Assembly (NCBI RefSeq): GCF_020745735.1
Contig: NW_026867462.1
Span: 250,833 to 291,304, forward strand
Length of the DNA: 40,472 nt
Direction of reading: 5' to 3'
Origin: Hemiscyllium ocellatum
Lineage: Eukaryota
A program made the translations under genes and the position numbers. A model generated the notes under the pieces. It worked only from the letters and a program-made list of their open reading frames with translations, did no database searches and had not been told where the DNA came from. Shown in pieces: positions 12,552-25,309 of the stretch (the stretch's first letter is position 1; the number at the start of each line of letters is the position of its first letter).

Positions 12552-15500
12552 AGAACATAGAACATGGAACATTACAGTGCAGTACAGGCCCTTTGGCCCT
12601 CGATGTGGCGAAGTGTAAAATCAACCTGAAACTCATCTCACCTTCACAATTCCATTTTCATCCATGTTTATCCAATGAACATTTAAATGCCCTTAAAGTT
12701 GGTGAGTCTCCTACTGTTGCAGGCAGTGTGTTCCATGCCCCCTACTACATTCTGAGTAAAGAAACTATCCCTGAACATCTGTCCCATATCTATCATTCCT
12801 CAATTTAAAGCTATGTCCCCTTATGTTAACCATCACCATTCAAGAAAAAAAGGATGCCCTCTGATTATCTAACCCTCTGATTATCTTACAGACCTCAATT
12901 AAGTCACCTCTCAACTTTCTACTCTCTGTCAAAAACAGCCTCAAGTCCTTCAGCTTTTCCTCATAACACCTTCCCTTCATACCAGGTCACATTCTAGTAA
13001 ATCTCATCTGAACCCTTTCCAAAGCTTCGGTATCCTTCCTATAATGCAGTCACCGGAACTTTACGCAGTACTCCAAAACCAGAGTTTTGGACAGCTGCAA
13101 CATGACCTCATGGCTCCGAAGATCAATCCCTCCACCAATAAAAGCTAATACACCATATGCTTTCTTAACAACCATATCACCCTGGGTGGAAACTTTCAGG
13201 GATCTATGTTTGGGGACACCGAGATCTCTCTGTTTATCTACACTGCCAAGAATCTTACCATTAACCCAGTACTCTGTATTCCTGTTCCTCCTTCCAAAGT
13301 GAATCACCTCACACTTTTCCACATTAAACTCCATTTGCCACTTCTCAGCCCAGCTGTGCAGCTTATCTATGTCCCTCTGTAACCTGCAACATCCTTCGGC
13401 AATATCCACAACCCCACCTACCTTAGTGTCATCCGCAAATTTACTAACCCATCCTTCTATGCCCTCATCCAGTTCATTTATAAAAATGACAAACAGAAAT
13501 GGGCTCAAAACAGACCTTGCAGTACCCCACTAGTAACTGAACTCTAGCGTGAACATTTCCCATCAACCACCACCCTTTGTCTTCTTTCAGCTGGCCAATG
13601 TCTGATCCAAACTGTTAAATCACTGTCAATCCCATGCCTTCGTATTTTATGCAATAGTCTACCTTGGGGAACCTTATCAAACCCCTTACTGAAATCCAAA
13701 TGCACCACATCAACCACTTTACCCTCATCCAGCTGTTTGGTCACCTTCTCAAAGAACTCTATAAGGTTTGTGTGGCATGACCTACCCTTCACAAAACCAT
13801 GTTGACTATCCCTAATCAACTTATTCCTTTCGAGCTGATTATAAATCCTATCTCTTTTAATCATTTCCAGCACTTTACCCACAACTGAAGTAAGGCTCAC
13901 TTGGAGAAAATTACTAGGGTTGTCTCTACTCCCCTTCTTGTACAAGGGGACAATACTTGCTATCCTCCAGTCTCCTGGCACTATCCCTATTGACAATGAC
14001 AACATAAAGTTCAAAGCCAATGGCTGTGCACTCTCCTCCCTGGCTTCCCAGAGAATCCAAGGATAAATACCATCTGCCTTAAGAGACTTATTTATTTTCC
14101 TACTTTCCAGAATTGCTAACAACTCCTCTTTGCAAACCTCAATCCCATCTAGTCTAGTCACCTGCATCTCAGTATTCTCTGAGACAACGTAGTCATTTTC
14201 CAATGCGAGTACATTGAAAAGAATTCAGTTAGCGCTTTTCCTATCTCCTCGGACTCCATGCATAACCTCCCACTACTGTCCTTGTTTGACCCTAAACTCA
14301 CTCTAGTCATTCTTTTATTCTTGATATACCTGTAGAAACCTTTAGGTTTTTCCTTGATCTGACCTGCCAATGACTTTTCACATCCCCTCCTGGCTCTTCT
14401 TAGCTCTTTCTTTAGGTCTTTCCTGGCTAACCTATAACTCTCAAACACTCTAACTGAGCCTTCACATCTCATCCTAACATATACCTTCTTCTTCCTCTTG
14501 ACAAGAGATTCAACTTCTTTTGTGGACCACAACTCCCTTACTCAAACACTTCCTCCCTGCCTGACAGGTACATACTTATCAAGGACACGCAGTAGCTGTT
14601 CCATGAATAAGCTCCACATTTCAATTGTGCCCATCCCCTGAAGTTTCCTTTCCCATCCTATGCATCCTAAATCTTTCCTAATTGCACCCTACTTGCAACA
14701 GTTATACCACTGCTATAACTCTTGCCCCTGGGATATACCTAACCCTTTCCATTGCTAAAATAAACACAACCAAATGTGGGCACTATCACCAAATGCTCAC
14801 TAACCTCTGAATCTAATACCTGGCTAGGTTCCTTACCCAGTACCAAATCCAATATGGTCTCGTCCATTGTTGGCCTGTCTACATACTGTGTCAGGAAAAC
14901 TTTCTGCACACATTTGACAAAAACTGATCCATCTAAAGTACACGAACGATAGTATTTCCAGTCAATATTTGGAAAGTTAAAGACCCCCATAACAACTACC
15001 CTGTTACTCTCGCTCCTATCCAGAATAATCTCTGCTCACCTATCCTCTCCACCTCTGGAACTATTTGGAGGCCAGCAGAAAAGTCCCAACAAGGTGACAT
15101 CTCCTTTCCTGTTTCTAAGCTCAGCCCATACTACCTTAGTAGACGAGTCCTCAAATGTACCTCCTGCCACTGTAGTACTGTCCTGACAAACAATGCCACA
15201 CCTCCCACTCTTTTACCATCTTCTCTGTTCTTACTGAACCATCTAAATCCCGGAACGTGCTCAAACCATTCCTGTCCCTGCTCTATCCATGTCTCCGAAA
15301 TGGCCATAACATCGAAGTTCCTGATACCAACCCATGCTGCAAGGTCACCCACCTTATTCAGGATGCTCCTGACACTTCAAACCACTTCTTGCATGCCAAT
15401 GCACTCTTGCAACCTTGAAACCATATTTCTGACCTCACCACTCTCAACCACTTGGACGGTGGAACTACAGTTCAGGTTCCCATCCCCCTGCTGAATTAGT

Positions 15501-16250
15501 TTACACCCTCCCGAAGAGCATTAGGAAATTTCCACACACCGCCCTCCTCCCCTGCCTAGGATATTGGTACCCCTCTGGTTCAGGTGGAGACCATCCTGTT
15601 TTCTCTAAATGATGTTGTTAGTGTTTATGTGGACCACCTTTGGGGGCTGCTACCCCTCCCCCTCAAGGATCCCAAAGACATGATCCGAGACATCCCAAAC
15701 CTTGGCACCTGCGAGGTATCACACCAACTGTGAGTCTCTCTCCATTGGAACCTCCAATCTGTCCTCCTAGCTATGGAGTCCCCAGTGACGAATGCTCTGC
15801 TCATCTCCCTGTTTCCCTTCTGAGCAACAGGAACAGACTCTGTGCCAGGGATCTGTATCCCATGGCTTACCCTTGGTAAGTCGTTTTCCCCCCCCTCCAA
15901 TAGTATCCAAAATTTTATACTTGTTATTGAGGGGAATGGCCACAAGAGTTCCCTGCACTGTCTGCCTGGTCCCTCTTCATCCCCTAAGAGTAATCCATCT
16001 GCCTCCTTCTTGTACCTGAGGATCAGGTACATCCCTGTAACTCCTCTCAATAACTCCCACCACCTCCTGAATAATCCAAAGTTCAGCCAGCTCCAGCCTC
16101 AGTTCCCTGACGCGGTTTTCGAGATGCTGGAGTTGGGTGCATTTCCCGCAGATGCAGTCAGCAGGGACACTAGCGGTGACACTTACTGCCCACATTCTGC
16201 AGGAGGAACATTCAACTGCCCGAACCTCCATTCTCACTTATTCTGAATTC
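12552..16250 (-). mobile_element. Near full-length degenerate CR1 LINE with ORF1 and ORF2
   Basis: ORF1 remnants: CSSCRMW...CICGKCTQLQ zinc finger/coiled coil and GDSIAR esterase-like motif. ORF2 fragments: WIEQGQEW, FNFPNIDW, HLDFSKGFDKV, KFADDTK. 3' tail at 12552. Confidence 0.9.
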
Positions 16251-16400
16251 CCAGAGAGACGATTGAAAAAGAAACAATAAAAGAAACGAGTGATCTGGAC
16301 ATGGTTGCAATGATAAGGTGGTGTTCTGGGGTTATACAGATACATGGAAGTGTACAGGTCCTGGTGAAGATTATATTGATAGGGAAGTGTGTTATTATTA

Positions 16401-17245
16401 CTTATTTTCAGGGGGAGAGGGTGGAGCAGAACTGTAAGTATATAACTAACTGACTGCGGGGATTCACGGCCTTGTTTTCAGGGACAGAGGGTGGAGCAGA
16501 GCTATAAATATATAACTAACTGACCTTGTTTTCAGAGGTGGAGGGTAACGCACAGCTAAAAGTAAATAACTAACTGACCGTGGGGATTCACGGCCTTGTT
16601 TTCAGGGGTGGAGGGTAAAGTACAGCTAACAGTAAATAACTAACTGACCACGGGGATTCACAACCTTGTTTTCAGGGATGGAGGGTAACATACAGTTAAA
16701 AGTAAATAACTAACTGACCGTGGGGATTCACGGCCTTGTTTTCAGAGATGGAGGGTAACGCACAGCTAAAAGTATACAACTAACTGACCGCGGGGATTCA
16801 CGGCCTTGTTTTCAGGGATGGAGGGTAACATACAGTTAAACATAAATAACTAACTGACCCCGGGGATTCACGGCCTTGTTTTCAGGGGTGGAGGGTAAAG
16901 TACAGCTAAAAGTATATGACTAACTGACCGCGGGGATTCACGGCCTTGTTTTCAGGGATGGAGGGTAACATACAGCTAACAGTAAATAACTAACTGACCC
17001 CGGGGATTCACAGCCTTGTTTTCAGGGATGGAGGGTAAAGTACAGCTAAAAGTAAATAACTAACTGACTGCGGGGATTCACGGTCTTGTTTTCAGGGGTG
17101 GAGAGTAATGCACAGCTAAAGGTATATAACTGACTGATTGCGGGGATTCACGGACATGTTTTCAGGTGTGGAGGGTAAAGTACAGCTAAAAGTAAATAAC
17201 TAACTGACCGTGGGGATTCACGGCCTTGTTTTCAGGGGTGGAGGG
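16401..17245. repeat. 70-bp minisatellite (VNTR), ~12 units
   Basis: ttcag recurs at exact 70-bp spacing from 16531 to 17231 (11 times), plus 16407 and 16477. One unit has a 16-bp deletion. Confidence 0.95.
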
Positions 17246-18473
17246 TGTTATAAGTGACTTCTGTCTAGGTATTCTAAATTTCCGGAGAATAGTCCCTGAC
17301 ACTCGGCTAACTACTCTACACTAGGGCTATGGTTCAGCTCAACTGGGTTCTGCCTCCACACTCTGCCGACCGCATACTGTCCTTTAACCCTTGACTTCAA
17401 GGGAGACTGTCCACAAGGTCCCGTCCTAGGAGGCGAACTCCAAGCTGTCAGCACCAGCCCTTATCCCCTCCGGCTACCGCTTTTCCCGTGGCAAATCGAA
17501 ATGCTGCGAGACACACAAATGGAGCAAAGGATGTTTATTCAAACTTGCAAGTTTGGACGTCTTCCAAAAGGACTTAGGAAGAATCGCGCGGAAGGGTTTT
17601 ACAGCAGTAATATTTATACATTATTCTTACATTTGAAAACATTAGTGACAATTCCATTGGTTAAAACATTTCACACTTTTCTCTGCCAATTCTTTAATTA
17701 AATGTTATATTGTTTTTAACAATTCTGCTGGTTAAAGCATTTCTTGGTTATCTGCATGTCATAAAAGGGCTTCTATTGTATTTTGCCCTCTGTGTCTAGC
17801 TAAAGCATTCCTTGGTATCTTGCCCAAGGTTACCATGTTCCTGACATAACAGCGGTGACTTCTGGTTCATGTTCCCATATGGCCTAGTTGAATATCAGTC
17901 TCATAATTAGCCTTTACTCATTAAACCTCAGTTTTAGTACAGAAATTACCTTACACATANNNNNNNNNNNNNNNNNNNNNNNNNNNNNNNNNNNNNNNNN
18001 NNNNNNNNNNNNNNNNNNNNNNNNNNNNNNNNNNNNNNNNNNNNNNNNNNNNNNNNNNNNNNNNNNNNNNNNNNNNNNNNNNNNNNNNNNNNNNNNNNNN
18101 NNNNNNNNNNNNNNNNNNNNNNNNNNNNNNNNNNNNNNNNNNNNNNNNNNNNNNNNNNNNNNNNGTATGTGTGAGGTGTGTTTGTGTATGAGGTGTGTGT
18201 GTGTGAGGTGTGGAGAGTGTTTGTGTGTGAGGTGTGTGTGTGTGAGGTGTGTGTGTGTGAAAGGTGTGTGTGTATGTGTGAGAGGTGTGTGTGTGTATGA
18301 GGNNNNNNNNNNNNNNNNNNNNNNNNNNNNNNNNNNNNNNNNNNNNNNNNNNNNNNNNNNNNNNNNNNNNNNNNNNNNNNNNNNNNNNNNNNNNNNNNNN
18401 NNNNNNNNNNNNNNNNNNNNNNNNNNNNNNNNNNNNNNNNNNNNNNNNNNNNNNNNNTACATTAACCATATCA
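17246..18473 (-). mobile_element. ERV 3' LTR (interrupted by assembly gaps)
   Basis: Begins TGATAT right after a polypurine tract (AAAAAGACAGGGGGGA, 18475-18490) and ends ATAACA. CCAAT 17656-17660, TATAAAT 17612-17618 and AATAAA 17534-17539 are in U3-R order. Confidence 0.7.
17960..18457. other. Two N gaps (17960-18164, 18303-18457) flanking a (TG)-rich island
   Basis: Directly visible N runs with a degenerate TG/GAGG microsatellite between them. Confidence 0.97.
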
Positions 18474-18488
18474 ATCCCCCCTGTCTTT

Positions 18489-19241
18489 TTATACAGTCTG
18501 TAATTTCTGCAGCATAATCATGGCCTGTCTATCCCAATCAGCCTCAGGATCGTCCGCATTAGTCTGGAGGTGAATGCCCACTACTGTACGCGGGTCGCCC
18601 TTCATCAGGGCCGTCTCAATAAGGCGGGTAATCAGGCCCCGCAGACAGGGAATTATACAACAGCCCAAAGCGACTAAAACCCCTGTTACCACTAGAAGTG
18701 TAATCACTACTGAGACCACCACCCCCTTCCATTTACCGAACCACCGCTCGAGCCAGCCAGTCCAATCAGTATTTACACCTGAATTCTCAGCTATTTCCTC
18801 GGCCAGCGCCTGGAGACCCTCCAAGGCACGGGTGACCGAGCCGTCAGGGGCCGTATTTTTGGGAATAAAAGTGCAACATTGAGAGCCGATCATGGCACAA
18901 ACACCCCCCTTTTCAGCTAGGAGCATATCCAAGGCCAGCCTATTTTCCCAAGCCATACGACTGGTGGCATCCAGTTGTTCCGCCAGGCCCTTTACTGCAT
19001 CCCTAGTATGGTTAATAAATCGTGCTTGGTTATAATAAATGTAGTTTATCCAATCGACATTCTTGTTAATAGTGACCCACCAGAACAGGGACGACTCAAA
19101 GCCTGCTGCAATTTGGTTACGAGCTTTGAACTCATCAGGCACCCACCTAGGGACCCCTATTGAATCAAGATAAATCTTATCATCAAAAGAAGTGGGCAAC
19201 AGCGACCTCCTATCCCTTCCCTTTCTCCCGACTATCTGTTC
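18489..19241 (-). mobile_element. env: ERV env remnant: open TM-subunit frame, class I HERV-I/IP-like
   Basis: RDRR furin-type site (19206-19217), DSIGVPRWVPDEFKARNQIAAGFES, immunosuppressive domain ENRLALDMLLAEKGGVC, CX6CC (CAMIGSQCC), hydrophobic anchor and cytoplasmic tail. SU, gag and pol are absent. Confidence 0.9.
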
Positions 19242-21526
19242 TCACATTGGTGAGTTTCTGTATCCCATGAGGTAGATTCAATGCAGTCAGTAATGAGAAA
19301 TAAAGCAGATCAAATATAATGTTGTTAATTATTATTAGGTCAATTAATAGGGATAACTATATGCTGTTCTATGAGCCTCAGGATTTAAAAGCCTTTTCAG
19401 TGGAGCCACTGCTGATTTACCCAACGGGCTATCCTGGTGAACTCACTGATACGGAAACCTCTATAATCTGGGACAATGATGAAATACAAACTGACTGGAA
19501 CCGCAACTTAGCAGAAAAACTAGGGAACAGAGAGAGATTGGGGCCGAAGCTCAGAACACAGAGGCACTGCAAACCCACACACCCACTGACACAGCTTCTC
19601 GAGATGGGTTATGATGTGGTTCTGCACTATTCAGTTCTGATCTATGATCGGAACCAATGCTTCTCTGTCAAGCCGATGTGGTTTATGGATAAAAATAATG
19701 TCTGCTAAAAGGCAACTACAAAGCTCTCTTGCGATAATGTGACACAGAATCAAGTGAAATGTGGAGTATCTTCTTTTGGGGCTTCTTGCATCCTTTCAAG
19801 TGGCAGCTGAATTTGGTGATCAGGTATCAGTTACTATCGAATTGGATGAAATCTTGTTAGTGGTTCATTTATTTACATTTCCCTATCTCTGAGGTTTGCC
19901 CCATTTCTTTATTAAAGAGCCAATGTGTGTGAGATCTCTTTAGGGCTGTCCATAGGATAGCCGTACTCCTGCCACTGAGCAAATGCATATTGATATCTGC
20001 CTTTAAAAACAATCTGAATCTATGGTCACATACTGGTGTAGGAACTGAGTGGGGCCCAGAACAGAATGAGCAACTCTTCATCTGCTGCAAACCAATGTGG
20101 GCAGCTTTTCAAACTGTCATTATCACAAGGGTGTTTTTGGTGCCATATTCACTATTCAGAATAACAATTAATTTTCCTGTTCGTGCAGCATTTCTCTCTA
20201 TTACTTTACATAACAGTGTGCTGTGTGTATGTGCACGTAGTTCGTTTCTATTTATTCCTGTTCCTCAATGGCTTTGAAATTGTTGCTGTATAGGATCAAA
20301 GGTAAAGTAATGTCTCCACAAGGATATTGTTGCTGGTTTCCCTCTGAGACCAGTGCAGAACTTTACCAGTTCATTGTCGGCCTGATACATTATAGTGAAG
20401 TTTCACTCTGCCAGCTGGGACAACATGGACATTTGAGTATTGATGAAAATAAAGTGTTTTTTTATTGAAGTCTTTAGTATTGTACTTATCAGGACACTCT
20501 CAAGAATACCAATGGTAAGGGAGAAAGCATTTAATCTGTCTGGGTAATGAGTGCTGATTGGTAAAGGCATGGAGAATGGACCAGGTGATGATTGGCAGTT
20601 AACTGCCAATGCTTGTTGTGATTTGACTAAATTGGTGATGGCCATTCTCGGACTCATTTGGCAGGGCAATACCTTGACCACTCAGGCAACCTGCCAATTG
20701 CAAACTTAACAAAGTTTAGCTGTTAACTGTCTGTCACCATCTGACCAGTCCATTTCCACTGGGGACATCTCAATCAATCATTGTGCACTTTCCAAAGCAT
20801 CAGAACTTGTTCAGTGTAAAATGTTGTTTCCCTTAATATCAAAATCCTTGCAGCTATCCTGATGTATGCAAGACAAAAAAAAAAGAGCATGTCCTATTTT
20901 ATATCAATATCCAATTTCTATATTTGCAAACAACCGTTTGAATATGGGAACCTTTTGTTAATGGAGTATCCAACATCCAGCTGGTATCATTAAAATGGAA
21001 TCTAGTTTTCGAATTTGAAATGATTTAACCCCCTGACAAGCCCACTTTGTACATGCAGATCCTTTTTGAATATTGTATCAGTCTGGCTGTTGAAAGACAG
21101 CTTTGGAAAGTTGTTTATTTCTGTTAACTTCTATTAAAGGAATTGCTGAAACGGTGGATAATGCATTCTATTGCAGTTACAAAACTGAGATATCTTGTGA
21201 AATCAGGAGATGTGCACAGTGCAAATAAACATCCCATTTAATGCTGGCCTGGACAAGACTGGTAAACTTAAACTTGTGCTTATAGAGAAAGGACTGAGAT
21301 CTTAACTGGCTCATTATCATCGAATGTATTGAGTTTAAACTTATGTCTATCTCTAAATTCTTCAAGGCCTTGATCCATGCTGTCTCTTCTACCCCTTATA
21401 TACACACTCTGTTCTTTGGTTCTCTGATTGCTTTATATCTTTTTGTCCATGAGTATGGTCAAGCCCCCTTAATTAGCCGTACTTTACTGATAAACTTCCT
21501 TACATGCCCTCTGGTACTCATTCTCA

Positions 21527-22276
21527 CTCGAATGCTGAATATAGGGTTAAAGGCAGGATTCTTGGCAGTGTGGAGGAACAGAGGGATCTGGGTGTGCAAG
21601 TACATAGATCCCTCAAAGTTGCCACCCAAGTGGATAAGGTTGTGATGAAAGCATATGGTGTTTAGGCTTTCATTTACAGGGGAATCGAGTTTGAGAGCAG
21701 CGAGGTTTTGCTACAGCTCTACAAGTCCCTGGTGAGACCACACCTGGAAAATTGTGTCCAGTTCTGGTCACCCTGCTATAAGAAATAGATAGAGGCTTTG
21801 GAGAGGGTGCAAAGAAGGTTTGCCAGGATGCTGCCTGAACTGGAGGGCTTGCCTTATGAAGAAAGGTTGAATAAGCTCAGACTTTTCTCTCTGGAGAAGG
21901 AAGAAGAGAGGAGACCTGATTGAGGTATACAAAATAATGAGAGGAATAGATAAAGTCAATAGCTAGAGAATTTTCCCCAGGGCAGGATTGACTGGTACGA
22001 GGGGGGTCATAGTTTTAAGATATTAGGAGAAAGGTATAGAGGAGATATTAGAGTAGGTTCTTTACACAGAGAGTTGTGAATGCATGCAATACATTGCCAG
22101 CGGTGGTGGTGGAAGCAGAGTCATTAGGGACATTTAAGTGACTGCTGGACATGCACATGTTTAGCAGTGAGTTGAGGGGTGTGGAGGTTGTTATATTTTA
22201 CATTAGGATTAGACCTCGGCACACTGTTGTGGGCCAAAGGGCCTGTTCTGTGTTGTATTTTTCTATGTTCTATGTT
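21527..22276 (+). mobile_element. CR1 LINE 3' fragment
   Basis: Homologous to 7430-8140 with ttctatgttctatg tail. Confidence 0.88.
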
Positions 22277-23389
22277 AAAGCATCTCATAAATGTGAGTAT
22301 TAATATCCACTTTGGCAGATTTAATTGATTTTCATTGGAATGTATCTGCCAAACCTTTAGCAAAATTGAATCAGCAAACAGCTTCAAACTGTGCATACGT
22401 CCAACTCAAAACATTGCTGCTCCTCATTAACTTTTCAAATGCACTGCTCCATTCCAAATAGCGGACCACCCGTTTCCATTCATAGAAATGTGTTTCTGAC
22501 GGATGGAAGTGGTTGTTTCTGTACTTCTGCCATTTTTATTGAACTCATCTCAAGTTACACTTTAGAATTTGACTGTCAGGCCAAGACTGTTTGTGTTAAG
22601 CTTTAACAATTTTGACCAGGTTGCCAGCTCTTCATGTTCTTGAATATTGGAATGGGACTGGGTTCTATCAGCCCTCTAGGGACAGGCTGCAAGGTCATTA
22701 GGTGGATAATAGGGTGGAAGGTGAGAATGGAAGGAAGGAGTTTCCACCTCCGTAGTATGTTATTGATCCCAAATTCGGGAAAGGATGACCACTCAGGTGG
22801 TCAATGTAGAGTGTGTTCCAGCCAATGCTGGCAGTTTATTAGCAGTAAGGTCCTCCATTGTGTGGGAGACCTCCCCCTGCATCCTAGTGACACACCTGGA
22901 GGATGTCCCTCCTAATGAAGTACCTTGTGGCTCACAACAGGGTATCCCATCTGCACACTGGAACAGTCTCCTGTCCATGGTGGCGATCACTACGGGAACT
23001 GGAAATCAGAGTAAGTGGGTGAAAGAAGCCGTGAGGGCGAGAGTGTTCACAACATTCCCAGGACCAGGTTGGCAGCTCCTACTGAGGCCATTAATAAGTC
23101 ATTAAGATCCCCCAATTGGTGCAAGGACGATGGGTTAGTCCTACTCCTAGTAAGAGGACTGTGATTCCTGCTGTTTCAGTGCTATCAAGCAAATCGTGAA
23201 GTGTGGCCATGTGATAAATTCATTTACATTCAGTGCTGGATACTTGAGACTTTTTGTGAGAAACTTTATAACTCTTCTAAATGTTCTTAATGCACTTTTT
23301 GTTTCATGCAATGGTGATTTTCTACATAGGATTACAGAGGGAAAACAGACCATTTGGCACAATCAGTTTATGCCAGTGCTTATGTTCTA

Positions 23390-23720
23390 CTCAAGGTGTT
23401 TCACATCTTTCCTCATCTAAATCGCCTGTTGCAATTCTCTATTCCCATCCCTTCCTAGTGCTCGCCTAGTTTCCTTGAAATACATCTAAACTATTGATTT
23501 CAACTATTCCGTCTGGTCACATATTCCCCATTCTCATCATTCTTTCAGTGAAGAGGTTTCTTCTGAATTCCCTTTTGGACTTCTTGAGGTACCGTCTTAT
23601 ATTGACAGCCTCGAGTTATATTCTATCCCACAGTGAAATGTTTTCTTTGTACCTTCTCTTTTCAAAACCTTTCTTAATTTTCGAACTGTCAGCCTTCTTT
23701 TCAAGAGAGAAGTGAACAGC
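23390..23720 (-). mobile_element. Old CR1 3' fragment
   Basis: Minus strand reads ttctctcttgaaaagaaggctga (cf. FSLEKRRL) with a decayed 3' UTR. Confidence 0.55.
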
Positions 23721-24054
23721 ACAACAATTCTTCCTGGATATACATAGCCAGAAACTTGTGGAGCTTTCTCATAAATCATCTCTTTACTCTCTCTCATACA
23801 TTCTATAATATGTCAACTCGAACTGCAAACAATACTCTTAATTATAGTCAACCAAATTTTTATAGTGACCCTACTTTCAAATCTATCCCTTCAGAGATAA
23901 AACTTGGTACTTTGTTTGCATTTTTATGCCCTTTGGAACCTGTGCTGAAATTGTTAGTGACTGATGTAATTGTCTAAAATCCCTTTGTTTGTCTCCCTCA
24001 CTTAGACGTGCATCTTTGAATAAGTGACCTGCACATTATTCCAAGGCCCCAAGG

Positions 24055-24730
24055 GATCCTTCCATATCCACCACAAATTCACCTGCACCTCCACACACAT
24101 CATCTATTTCATCCGCTGCACCCGATATGGCCTCCTCTATATTGGGGAGACGGGCCACCTCCTTGCGGAACATTTCAGAGAACACCTCTGAGACACCGGA
24201 CCAACCAACCCAACCACCCCGTGGCTCAACATTTTAACTCCCCCTCCCACTCCACCAAGGACATGCAGGTTCTTGGACTCCTCCATCGCCAGACCATAAC
24301 AACACGACGGTTGGAGGAAGAGCACCTCATTTTCCGCCTGGGAACCCTCCAACCACAAGGGATGAACTCAGATTTCTCCAGTTTCCTCATTTTCCCTCCC
24401 CCCACTTTGTCTCAGTCGAATCCCTCGAACTCAGCACCCCCTTCCTAACCTGCAATCTTCTTCCTAACCTCTCCGCCCCCACCCCATTCCGGCCTATCAC
24501 CCTCACCTTGACATCCTTCTACCTATCACATCTCCATCACCCCTCCCCCAAGTCCCTCCTCCCTACCTTTTATCTTAGCCTGCTGGACACACTTTCCTCA
24601 TTCCTGATGAAGGGCTTATGCCCGAAACGTCGAATTTCCTGTTCCTTGGTTACTGCCTGACCTGCTGCGCTTTTCCAGCAACACATTTTCAGCTCTGATA
24701 CTCCAGCATCTACAGACCTCACTTTCGCCT
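24055..24730 (+). mobile_element. Penelope-like element 3' fragment (GIY-YIG endonuclease + terminal repeat)
   Basis: FTCTSTHIIYFIRCTRYGLLYIGETG...FREH...HPVAQHFNSPSHS...EEEHLIFRLGTLQPQGMN, then a pyrimidine-rich tract and pLTR. Confidence 0.9.
24600..24635 (+). ncRNA. Minimal type I hammerhead ribozyme motif
   Basis: ATTC-CTGATGA-A-GGGC ttat GCCC-GAAACGTC-GAAT gives stem I ATTC/GAAT, core CUGAUGA and GAAA, stem II GGGC/GCCC, palindromic ACGU stem III and a GUC site. Confidence 0.75.
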
Positions 24731-25309
24731 TGCACATTATTCCTACCAAGATGTAATACCTTACCTTTATCTGTGTGGATCTTCATTTGCTAATTATTTG
24801 AACATACCGTAAATTAATTAATGATCTCTTGCAACTTCTTGTAGTCCTCAGAATTGGCTACATTTCAACATTCCTTTCCAATTTCATGTCATTGTATTGC
24901 TAATTTTTTGTCGTAATTAGATGCAATATTTAATTTGCAGTTTTACTTTATTTTGTTTTGAATTTTTAGAGAGGTGCAGTAATCCACACATTAACTACAA
25001 CAACTAAATGTAGAATGACAGATAGATAAAAATTATTACAAACACTGGACTAATTAATAGACTCTATTAACTTCATGGTCAAAACAGGGAATTATTTTTT
25101 ACACGAATGATATGGTGCACTATCTGTAGTACAATAACTTTTTGTCCATTTTTTTGTTGTAGTTTATTTTTCAGGTCTTTCCATACACACCATAAATTGA
25201 AAAGGCACCCATCCTCCATTTTAAACTAAATGATAATGAAAAAACAACATTTATATTAAATGCAACATGATTTATGAAGCCAATCCTCTAGGCTTATACA
25301 TATTCACAG

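Noticed and set aside
16401-17245. CRISPR-like array
   Set aside because: Whole 70-bp units repeat with no unique spacers, the DNA is eukaryotic, and there are no cas genes.
17888-18517. ORFs spanning the N gaps (His/Thr- or Cys/Val-rich)
   Set aside because: Artefacts of Ns and a TG microsatellite.
19236-19310. Possible splice acceptor (aacag|ATA) in frame with env TM, allowing an IgM-env chimera
   Set aside because: The polypyrimidine tract is poor and two poly(A) sites plus ~9 kb intervene.
19319-19708. 129-aa + strand ORF
   Set aside because: No recognisable domain, splice context or paralogue. Probably chance, though a BLAST search would settle it.
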